A stretch of 32,514 nt of DNA from a virus (lineage: Duplodnaviria > Caudoviricetes), in the IMG/VR virus record IMGVR_UViG_3300037961_003355, positions 1-32,514 of that record; one strand, written 5' to 3'. How positions within the stretch are numbered: position 1 is the stretch's first letter; each line of letters begins with the position of its first letter. The position numbers and the translations under genes are program-made. Shown here piece by piece: positions 19,456 to 26,723 of this stretch. A model generated the notes under the pieces. The model ran no database searches. It was given only the letters and a program-made list of their open reading frames with translations, and was not told the origin of the DNA.

Positions 19456-19488
19456 GAAAGGGGGGTATTAATTTACCTCCTTTTTTTT
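19456..19488 (+). terminator. Rho-independent terminator
   Basis: GGGGGTA/TACCTCC stem followed by T8. Confidence 0.7.
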
Positions 19489-19504
19489 GTTTAATTTTTT
19501 TTTA

Positions 19505-19516
19505 TACATTAGCAAT
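19505..19516 (+). promoter_or_regulatory. Host-type early promoter variant TACATTAGCAAT
   Basis: Near-identical to 23118-23129; one mismatch to TAnnTTTG; lies just after a terminator. Confidence 0.5.
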
Positions 19517-19663
19517 ATGGAAAACATAAACTTTTATGCAGAATTAAAAGGGGAGTCTTTAGAACTGCAGCATACGGTACAGATTTTAAAAAACTGTATA
19601 AATACATTAAAAAAAGAAAATGAAAATCTAAAAACGCAATTAATTATTTGTCATGGAAAGTAA
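19517..19663 (+). CDS. Small coiled-coil hypothetical protein (48 aa)
   Basis: Hand-translated MENINFYAELKGESLELQH...; overlaps the ERF start. Confidence 0.55.
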   Translation: MENINFYAELKGESLELQHTVQILKNCINTLKKENENLKTQLIICHGK

Positions 19664-20171
19664 ACTAAAGTTAAACGAAAAAATATTCAATTTACAAAAT
19701 GAGATTGGAAAAATTAGCAAAGATTCTAAAAATCCTTTTTATAATTCTAAGTATTTTGATATTAATACTCTGCTTAAACAGCTACACCCGATCTTATGTA
19801 ATCACAGGTTATTACTTACTCAGCCTATTATTGAAGGGATGGTTGTAACTAGGATTACATGTTTAGATAGTAATTTAAGTATTGATAGCAGTTTAGAATT
19901 ACCGGAAATAATAGATCCACAAAAAAAAGGAAGTGCTATAACTTACTACAGAAGATACACATTAGTAAGTTTATTAGGTTTACAAGCAGAGGATGATGAT
20001 GGTAATTTAGCTCATACCGCTGTTAAAAAAAATAAACCTATATTAACGGATGAAAAATTTAACAAAGCTGTAGATTATTTAAAAGAAGGAAAAGTAAGTT
20101 TGCAGGATGTTAAAAGCAAATATAAGGCAAGTGATAAAGTTTGGAAAGAGTTAGAACAATTAATAAATTAA
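19653..20171 (+). CDS. erf: ERF-family single-strand annealing protein
   Basis: KDSKNPFYNSKY and PQKKGSAITYYRRYTL..LLGL..EDDDG motifs. Confidence 0.85.
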   Translation: MESKLKLNEKIFNLQNEIGKISKDSKNPFYNSKYFDINTLLKQLHPILCNHRLLLTQPIIEGMVVTRITCLDSNLSIDSSLELPEIIDPQKKGSAITYYRRYTLVSLLGLQAEDDDGNLAHTAVKKNKPILTDEKFNKAVDYLKEGKVSLQDVKSKYKASDKVWKELEQLIN

Positions 20172-20175
20172 AAAA

Positions 20176-20487
20176 ATGGAATTAAGAGGTAAAATTACAA
20201 GTATTGGGAGTGTAGAAACATACGGTAATACGGATGTTAGAAAATTAGTATTAACTACTAATGATAAGTATCCACAAAAATTAGAAGTTTCTTTTTTAAA
20301 CGACAAAACTTCTTTGTTGGATGATTTTAAAACAAACGATGATGTAACTATTAAAATAAATTTAAGGGGTAAAGAACATAATGGTAAATATTATACCACT
20401 ATTAACGGTTGGAGTATGATAAATAGCAAAGAAGAAATTACCCAGAAAGATCAAAACCCAGAAAGGGAAGTTGATATATTATTTTAA
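20176..20487 (+). CDS. DUF3127-like OB-fold ssDNA-binding protein
   Basis: MEL.GKI, KYPQK, INLRGKE.NGKYY..INGW motifs; acidic tail ending in F. Confidence 0.75.
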   Translation: MELRGKITSIGSVETYGNTDVRKLVLTTNDKYPQKLEVSFLNDKTSLLDDFKTNDDVTIKINLRGKEHNGKYYTTINGWSMINSKEEITQKDQNPEREVDILF

Positions 20488-21395
20488 TGGTTAGTAATTT
20501 TTCTAAAATAAAAGAAAAAATCCTGGATGTAAAATACGGTAGGATAAAAGAAGGATTAAAATTAGAAATTCCCGGTATAGATGACTATTTACGTTACAAA
20601 CCGGGAAATTTTAATGTTGTTATAGGCCATGCTAATGTGGGAAAAAGTACTGTTATGTTGTATTTGTTTACTGTGTGGGCTATTAAACATAAATTAAGAT
20701 TTTTAGTTTGGTCCAGTGAGAATACGTGTCAATCTATTGTTAGAAAAATAATAGAATTTAAAATGGGTCAACCTATACACACTGCATCTGAATCTGATAT
20801 AAATAAAGCTATTAATTGGACAAATGAATTTTTTAAAATAATTGATGTTGAGGATTTGTATAATTATAAGCAATTAATAAAAGAAGCAAAAATTATTAAA
20901 GATGCTTGGGATTACCACTGTTTTTTGATAGACCCTTATAATAGCTTAAGTAAAGAACATAATTTATTAAAAGCTTTAGGTGGGCATGAATATGATTACC
21001 AGGTAGCTTCCGAGTTAAGATTGTTTGCTAAAAAACAAAACGTAACCGTTTTTTTAAATGCGCATGGTGTTACAGAAGCTTTAAGAAGAACACACCCTAA
21101 AGGTCATGAGTATGAAAATCTACCTGTTCCTTTAGGTTTAGCAAGTGTGGAAGGTGGGGGTAAGTGGTCTAATAGAGCTGATGATGTTTTTTGTATTCAC
21201 CGATACACTTCACATCCTAGCGATTGGGTGTTTAGCGAGCTGCATGTTCTAAAAGTAAAAGAAACAGAAACAGGGGGTAGATGTACACCTTTCGAACAAC
21301 CAATAAAGCTAAGAATGTGTATTAACAATGTAGGTTTTGAATATTTAGGAAGAAACATTTTATTTGATAAACCTGCTAAAAAAATGGAATTTTAA
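20487..21395 (+). CDS. DnaB-like replicative helicase
   Basis: Walker A GHANVGKS, SSEN, Walker B LIDPY, NRADD. Confidence 0.8.
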   Translation: MVSNFSKIKEKILDVKYGRIKEGLKLEIPGIDDYLRYKPGNFNVVIGHANVGKSTVMLYLFTVWAIKHKLRFLVWSSENTCQSIVRKIIEFKMGQPIHTASESDINKAINWTNEFFKIIDVEDLYNYKQLIKEAKIIKDAWDYHCFLIDPYNSLSKEHNLLKALGGHEYDYQVASELRLFAKKQNVTVFLNAHGVTEALRRTHPKGHEYENLPVPLGLASVEGGGKWSNRADDVFCIHRYTSHPSDWVFSELHVLKVKETETGGRCTPFEQPIKLRMCINNVGFEYLGRNILFDKPAKKMEF

Positions 21396-21398
21396 AAA

Positions 21399-21647
21399 AT
21401 GGATGCGAATTTGATATTTGAAAATAATTTTATTTTAGTTTTTATTTTACTAATGGTAATTAGTTTTATTTTTGTTATTATTGGTAATATAGTTAATGGG
21501 GAAATAATTATATCCCCAATAAAAGGTTTTGTTTTGGGTGCATTAGTGCATGATGAAATTTACGAAGAAAACAAAAAAACATTTACAGAATATACTTTGC
21601 AGTGTTTGCTAGGTTTTATTAGTGTAAATGTAGTATGGAGGACTTAA
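21399..21647 (+). CDS. Small membrane protein
   Basis: N-terminal hydrophobic segment. Confidence 0.55.
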   Translation: MDANLIFENNFILVFILLMVISFIFVIIGNIVNGEIIISPIKGFVLGALVHDEIYEENKKTFTEYTLQCLLGFISVNVVWRT

Positions 21648-22180
21648 GTTGGTTAGAAAAGATTGCTGCTAATCATGAAGAATGGGTAAAGATTGTAAAT
21701 TCCTTTGGAGAGTACGATTACGCGGAGGATCTTGTGCAAGAGATGTATATTGTTTTATCTAAGTATGCGAGTGAAAGTAAAATTATTAAAGATGGTAAAA
21801 TATCTAAGGGTTATATTTATTTTACATTGAGAACTTGTTTTTTGCAGTATATAAATGCTAAAAGAAAAATTTACAAAGTTGATATTGAAGATCCTAAGAT
21901 ACAAAAACAAATACAACACGATGACGAGATGGATGAGAAAATAGGGTTTGATGTAATATCGCGGAAAATAGATAATCATTTAAATAATTGGAGATGGTAT
22001 GATAAAACCTTATTTAGACTTTATAGGGATAGTGATATGTCTATAAGAAAGATAGCTAAAGAAACAGGTATTAGTTGGATAAGTATATTTAACACCCTTA
22101 AAAAATGCAAAGGGGAAATTTTTGATACATTTGGGGAAGATTACGAGGATTATAAAAATGGTGATTATGACAGAATTTAA
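21635..22180 (+). CDS. Phage sigma-70 (ECF-like) factor
   Basis: Region 2 AEDLVQEMY; region 4 HTH MSIRKIAKETGISWISIFNTLKK. Confidence 0.75.
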   Translation: MEDLSWLEKIAANHEEWVKIVNSFGEYDYAEDLVQEMYIVLSKYASESKIIKDGKISKGYIYFTLRTCFLQYINAKRKIYKVDIEDPKIQKQIQHDDEMDEKIGFDVISRKIDNHLNNWRWYDKTLFRLYRDSDMSIRKIAKETGISWISIFNTLKKCKGEIFDTFGEDYEDYKNGDYDRI

Positions 22181-22574
22181 AGGGGATAAAAGAACTAAAG
22201 CTTATAAAGATTGGAAAGCTGGGTATGAAAAAAGTAGTAAAGGTCTAGGGGATACCGTAGAAAAAATAACTAAAGTTACTGGTATAAAAAAAGCTGTTAA
22301 ATGGGTAGCTGGTGATGATTGTGGATGTGATGAAAGAAAAGAAAAACTAAATAAGATGTTTAGGTATAAAAAACCGGAATGTCTAAAAGAAGAAGAGTAC
22401 AATTTGATAGCGGATGCTGTTAAAGATAAAAAGGTAAAATTTAATCCCGTAGAACAAGAAGCTTTTAAGGCAATTTACGAAAGGGTATTTAAAACAAAGG
22501 TTGAATGTACCCCTTGTAGTTTTGGTAAAATTATTTGGAAAGATCTTATATCTGTTTTTAATTATTATGGATAA
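22167..22574 (+). CDS. Conserved phage hypothetical protein (CGC and CxxC motifs)
   Basis: KGLGDTVEKITKVTGIK...DCGCDERKEKLN; start re-called. Confidence 0.65.
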   Translation: MTEFKGDKRTKAYKDWKAGYEKSSKGLGDTVEKITKVTGIKKAVKWVAGDDCGCDERKEKLNKMFRYKKPECLKEEEYNLIADAVKDKKVKFNPVEQEAFKAIYERVFKTKVECTPCSFGKIIWKDLISVFNYYG

Positions 22575-22878
22575 AAAAATTCACAATTTAAAACACATGG
22601 AATATTTAAGTAATTTTGATTACCTGTCTAATGTTTTATTGAAGCAAGGTGAAAAAAAGAAAACCGAAGTGCTGGATAAAATGATGGAAGCTTTAATTGA
22701 TATAAACTATTATATTACTGGTATTTATAAAAATGAATTATATCATAGCGAAAGCTTAAGGGAATATAGGCATGGTAAATTAAGAGCAATCGAAAGAGCA
22801 AGAAAAGCAGAAGAACGGGTGGAGGAGCTGGAAAAGGAAATAAAAAAGCTTAAAAAAGAAAAAGAATTAGGTTTATGA
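22567..22878 (+). CDS. Hypothetical coiled-coil protein
   Basis: ORF track; start re-called to the ATG at 22567. Confidence 0.6.
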   Translation: MDKKIHNLKHMEYLSNFDYLSNVLLKQGEKKKTEVLDKMMEALIDINYYITGIYKNELYHSESLREYRHGKLRAIERARKAEERVEELEKEIKKLKKEKELGL

Positions 22879-23105
22879 GTGATAGTAAAAAAAAATACTT
22901 CGAAATGAACACAGATGGTGTTGTTGAAGATGTAAAATATATATATGATAAGCGTAGCGAAAAAGGACAAAAACAGTATGGAACTACTTTAGAAAATAGC
23001 CCCGAGGATTTTTATGCTTGGTTAGATCATCTTCAAGAGGAGTTAATGGATGCTACTTTATATATACAAAAAATAAAAAAACTTAAAAAAAAACTTGTTA
23101 ATTAA
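22875..23105 (+). CDS. Small all-alpha NTP pyrophosphatase-like protein
   Basis: G.KQYGTTL...WLDHLQEELMDATLY (EExxD) motif. Confidence 0.55.
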   Translation: MSDSKKKYFEMNTDGVVEDVKYIYDKRSEKGQKQYGTTLENSPEDFYAWLDHLQEELMDATLYIQKIKKLKKKLVN

Positions 23106-23117
23106 AATTTAATAATT

Positions 23118-23129
23118 ATATTAGCAATA
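23118..23129 (+). promoter_or_regulatory. Host-type early promoter TATATTAGCAAT (TTG at 23095-23097) driving the modification operon
   Basis: TTG-N20-TAnnTTAG resembles the Bacteroidota -33/-7 consensus. Confidence 0.55.
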
Positions 23130-23141
23130 TAAAACAAAAAA

Positions 23142-23297
23142 ATGAACATAGATTTTTTACAGTTAGAAATGGAATCCCGCTCTAATCAGGAATTAATATC
23201 TATAATTAATAGCAAATTTTATCTTGATGCTTTCAAGGATAAATGTAGGTTGGAGTTAAAAAACAGAAAAAGCAATGAATATACTAGAAAAAGCTAA
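23142..23297 (+). CDS. Small hypothetical protein (51 aa)
   Basis: Hand-translated MNIDFLQLEMESRSNQEL...; A-rich leader; overlaps the next gene. Confidence 0.55.
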   Translation: MNIDFLQLEMESRSNQELISIINSKFYLDAFKDKCRLELKNRKSNEYTRKS

Positions 23298-23598
23298 CGA
23301 AATAGTTAATCTTAGATCTGAAGAAAAAGAAAGGATGTATGGTCCTTTTAGTGTAACTAATTTAAGAGCTGCTAAAATAGCTTCCGTTCTATCCTCTAAA
23401 GATATATCTGTAGTGGATATGTATCACATGCAAATAGCTTTAAAATTAGCAAGAGAAAGTTGGCAACACAAGGAGGATAATTTGCTAGATTGTGTAGCAT
23501 ATATAGGAGCTTTAAATAATTACAGGGAAGATATTAAAGTTGAAAAATCAGATATTACAGAAGCAGAAAAATTAGATATTACAGAAAATGGAAAGTAA
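23275..23598 (+). CDS. DUF6378-like all-alpha nucleotide pyrophosphohydrolase-like protein
   Basis: ILEKANEIV...YGPF...LKLARE..HKEDNLLDCVAY. Confidence 0.7.
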   Translation: MNILEKANEIVNLRSEEKERMYGPFSVTNLRAAKIASVLSSKDISVVDMYHMQIALKLARESWQHKEDNLLDCVAYIGALNNYREDIKVEKSDITEAEKLDITENGK

Positions 23599-24457
23599 AA
23601 ACACAAACACAGTAACAACAACTGAATACTTAAAAACTAAAAAACTTATACCGGATGATCTACATTGGATACCGAATGGTGAATTTTTTGGAAACATATA
23701 TGATACTGTAAACAATAAATATTATTCTGCTTTAGCGGGTAAAAAATATAGACCTAAACATAAAAATAAACATTTAGATGAGGGTCATTTTCAAGGTTAT
23801 AGATTTGCTATACAAAAATTAACAAAAGAAGGTGATGTAGTATTTGATCCAACTGTTGGTTCTGGTACAGCAATAATAGAGGCTATTAACAATGGCAGAC
23901 AAGGGTATGGGGTAGAATTAGAATGGCCGGATCTTTGCAAAAAAAATGTTGAACACCAAAACAAACCTAATTGGGGGGTAATTCCTGGTAATGCCTATGA
24001 TATTCCTAGTATGTTTACTGATAAATTTAAAACGGATTTAATTATAAATGGAACACCATATCCAACTACAACAGGGAAAGATGGTGATAGATCAAGTGAT
24101 GCTCCTTATGTAACAGGGGATGCTGGTAATTATAAAGAAAAATCTTCTTATGGTTTATTAGGTTATCCCAGGGGGAATTATGAAGAGTTTATACGGAAGA
24201 TGTATAGAGATTGTTACAACTTAATGAAGCCGGGATCTTATTTGTGTCTTATAATAAAAGATTTAATTAGGGACAAAAAACCTTTTCTTTTACAGAAAAT
24301 GCTTATTGATTGGATAAAAGAAGATACTGGTTTAAAAGATTATGGTTGGTTTTGCCACAAACATATTCCGCAAACTTTATTTATATTAACTTACAAAAAA
24401 AAGTATCCGGAAGTAAAAATACCTTTGTATCAAATAGGTGTTATTTTAAAAAAATGA
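23588..24457 (+). CDS. SAM-dependent amino (N4/N6-type) methyltransferase-like protein, permuted, atypical motif IV
   Basis: Motif I GDVVFDPTVGSGT; motif IV position NGTPY; downstream LMKPGSYL. Confidence 0.75.
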   Translation: MESKNTNTVTTTEYLKTKKLIPDDLHWIPNGEFFGNIYDTVNNKYYSALAGKKYRPKHKNKHLDEGHFQGYRFAIQKLTKEGDVVFDPTVGSGTAIIEAINNGRQGYGVELEWPDLCKKNVEHQNKPNWGVIPGNAYDIPSMFTDKFKTDLIINGTPYPTTTGKDGDRSSDAPYVTGDAGNYKEKSSYGLLGYPRGNYEEFIRKMYRDCYNLMKPGSYLCLIIKDLIRDKKPFLLQKMLIDWIKEDTGLKDYGWFCHKHIPQTLFILTYKKKYPEVKIPLYQIGVILKK

Positions 24458-25173
24458 AAAAAATAATATTAGACCTGTATTCTAAACTTTACAGCTATCA
24501 TACAGAAAGTAGTAGTAGTCAGTGGCAAAGTGTAAGGTTTGATAATAGCAATCCGCTGGTAGAAATAACTAATGTATTTGTAAACCTTGGAACAACTGAT
24601 GATTTAGAAAAAGATACAGATCCGGACTTGGATTGGTGTATTGAACATTTTGAAGAGCGTATAGGGGGTTATCCTATTAATCCAGGTACATCTTATAAAA
24701 ACTGGCCATATTATAAAGGTTTGGATAATGATGATCTATTTAGAAAATCTGGTGAGTTTAGTCATAACTACATGGAAAGATACTGGTGCTCTGATCTAAA
24801 AGGTAAAAGGTTTAAGTATGGGGATTTAGATGATATAATAGATAGGTTGCAGGATGATAATAATACTAGACAAGCTTATTTAGCTGTTTGGCATCCTGAG
24901 GACCAAAGTAATAACAATGAAAGAGTACCTTGTACTATTGGATATTGGTTTTACAAAGAAAATGATAGGATTAATATTACATACCATATAAGAAGTTGTG
25001 ATGCGGTTAGGCATTTAAGAAATGATATATATTTAACCTACCGGTTGTTACAGCATGTTTGTAAAATGATAATGCATACCCCTGGAAATATGTATATGTG
25101 GATTGGGTCATTGCATTGTTTTAAAAGCGATTTGTACCATATAAATAAATATGTGCGGAATTCAAATAAATAA
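24454..25173 (+). CDS. Thymidylate synthase homologue, dCMP hydroxymethylase/methylase-type
   Basis: TRQA, catalytic PCT, RSCDAVRHLRND, GSLH; start re-called to the ATGA overlap at 24454. Confidence 0.8.
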   Translation: MKKIILDLYSKLYSYHTESSSSQWQSVRFDNSNPLVEITNVFVNLGTTDDLEKDTDPDLDWCIEHFEERIGGYPINPGTSYKNWPYYKGLDNDDLFRKSGEFSHNYMERYWCSDLKGKRFKYGDLDDIIDRLQDDNNTRQAYLAVWHPEDQSNNNERVPCTIGYWFYKENDRINITYHIRSCDAVRHLRNDIYLTYRLLQHVCKMIMHTPGNMYMWIGSLHCFKSDLYHINKYVRNSNK

Positions 25174-26443
25174 AGCTAAAACACCAAACGGTATTACCCA
25201 TAGGGGTATAAACTCTGTTGGTGGTAAAATACAAAATTGGTATTATAATTTTTCCTCCTTACCTCTTTCTAGTAATGAAACGGGATTATCCCAACCTTTA
25301 AAATTGGATAATGCAGCTTTATTGTTTAATGGTGAAATTTTTAATTACAGGGATTTTGGTAATTACAGGAGCGATTTGCATTATTTAAAAGATTTGTTTT
25401 CTATAAATTTATTTAGCAAAAGGTTTTTAAAAGAATATAAAAATTGGGATGGATTTTGGGCTATATGTTATATTAAGGATAATGTTGTATTTTTTACAGA
25501 TCCGCTAGGGAAAAAACAATTATACTATAATGAAAATGGTATTTGTTCTGAGATAAAACCTATTAAGGGAAAAAGTTTGTTAAGATCAAAAGCTAAGTTT
25601 GGTACATTAAATACTAATTTCTTTAGTGTTAATAGAGCTTTGCCGGGGGAATTTTATGAATATAAAAATGAAAATAAATTAGCTTATAAAATAGATAAAG
25701 TAAAAGATTATTTATCAATTCAGGAATTTAAAAAAAGGGATTTGTATAAGTTAATAGATCAATCGGTAAAATTAAGATCCCAAACTAGTTACGGCAAATT
25801 AGGTTTATTATTTTCCGGTGGGTTGGATTCTTCTATAATAGCATATCATTTAATTAAAAACAAAATAGACTTTACAGCTATATCTATCGAGAATGGCGAA
25901 AAAGAAATGTGCGAGAAGATAAGTAGATATTTAGGGTTTGATGTTGTTTATATTAACAACGATTTAAGTAAGGAAGAACAGATAGAAGCTTTTAAAGCAT
26001 ATGAGCATAATTTGGATTTGGGTAGTGTTTTACCTCAATATAAATTATTCCGTAAATGCAAACAATTGGGATTACATACTGTATTAACGGGTGATGGTGC
26101 TGATGAGTTGTTTGGGGGATACACAAGGGCAAAAAAAGGGAACACTTATGAATACGATGTTTTCATGGAGCTCCCTTACTACCATCATGTAAGATTGGAT
26201 AGATGCTCTATGGCACACACTGTTGAATGTAGAAACCCATTTTTATCTACCGATATAATAAATTTTAGTAGATTTATAGGTAGGGATTTTAAAGTAGGTA
26301 AAAAAGTTTTAAGGGATCTTTACAAAAAACAAATACCATTTGTGGAGAGTGATAAAAAACCTTTAAGACCTATAGGAACAAAAGAAGATAATATTAATAA
26401 CGGAAAAAAACTATTTAATGATGCATTTAGAAAACGAGTTTGA
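25151..26443 (+). CDS. Asparagine synthetase B-like glutamine amidotransferase (Ntn domain + PP-loop)
   Basis: MCGI, HRG, FNGEIFN, SGGLDSS, TGDGADELFGGY, DRCSMAHTVECRNPFL. Confidence 0.85.
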   Translation: MCGIQINKAKTPNGITHRGINSVGGKIQNWYYNFSSLPLSSNETGLSQPLKLDNAALLFNGEIFNYRDFGNYRSDLHYLKDLFSINLFSKRFLKEYKNWDGFWAICYIKDNVVFFTDPLGKKQLYYNENGICSEIKPIKGKSLLRSKAKFGTLNTNFFSVNRALPGEFYEYKNENKLAYKIDKVKDYLSIQEFKKRDLYKLIDQSVKLRSQTSYGKLGLLFSGGLDSSIIAYHLIKNKIDFTAISIENGEKEMCEKISRYLGFDVVYINNDLSKEEQIEAFKAYEHNLDLGSVLPQYKLFRKCKQLGLHTVLTGDGADELFGGYTRAKKGNTYEYDVFMELPYYHHVRLDRCSMAHTVECRNPFLSTDIINFSRFIGRDFKVGKKVLRDLYKKQIPFVESDKKPLRPIGTKEDNINNGKKLFNDAFRKRV

Positions 26444-26723
26444 CCCTATAAGACTTTGGGCAGCACAAAAAGGTATTTACGAAAAAGGGGATATTAAAAC
26501 CCAGTTTGTTAAACTAATGGAAGAATCAGGTGAGTTAGCAAATGCTATAATAGGAAAAGATCACGCTGAGATAATGGACGCTATAGGTGATATGGTTGTT
26601 GTTTTAACAAGTATTGCGCACTTTAATAATACTACCATAGAAAGCTGCATTAATGTTGCGTATGATGCAATTAAATCAAGGAAAGGAAAAATGGAAAATG
26701 GTTCCTTTGTAAAAAACAAATAA
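26418..26723 (+). CDS. MazG-like nucleotide pyrophosphohydrolase
   Basis: KLMEESGEL...DAIGDMVVVL...RKGKM.NG.FVK. Confidence 0.85.
   Translation: MMHLENEFDPIRLWAAQKGIYEKGDIKTQFVKLMEESGELANAIIGKDHAEIMDAIGDMVVVLTSIAHFNNTTIESCINVAYDAIKSRKGKMENGSFVKNK

Noticed and set aside
19431-19488. Second U-rich tract plus terminator as a possible sRNA (complementary to AAAACAAAAAAA at 23131)
   Set aside because: Low complexity, no anti-ATG and no clear promoter; could simply be the 3' UTR of ninG
24310-24453. Longer N-terminus of the TS homologue given in the ORF track
   Set aside because: It overlaps the MTase gene by 148 nt with a TTG start; the ATGA-coupled start at 24454 is more plausible
25151-26443. 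QueC/7-deazaguanine or PurZ/2-aminoadenine pathway
   Set aside because: The protein has full AsnB architecture; no folE, queD, queE, dpdA or purZ was recognised
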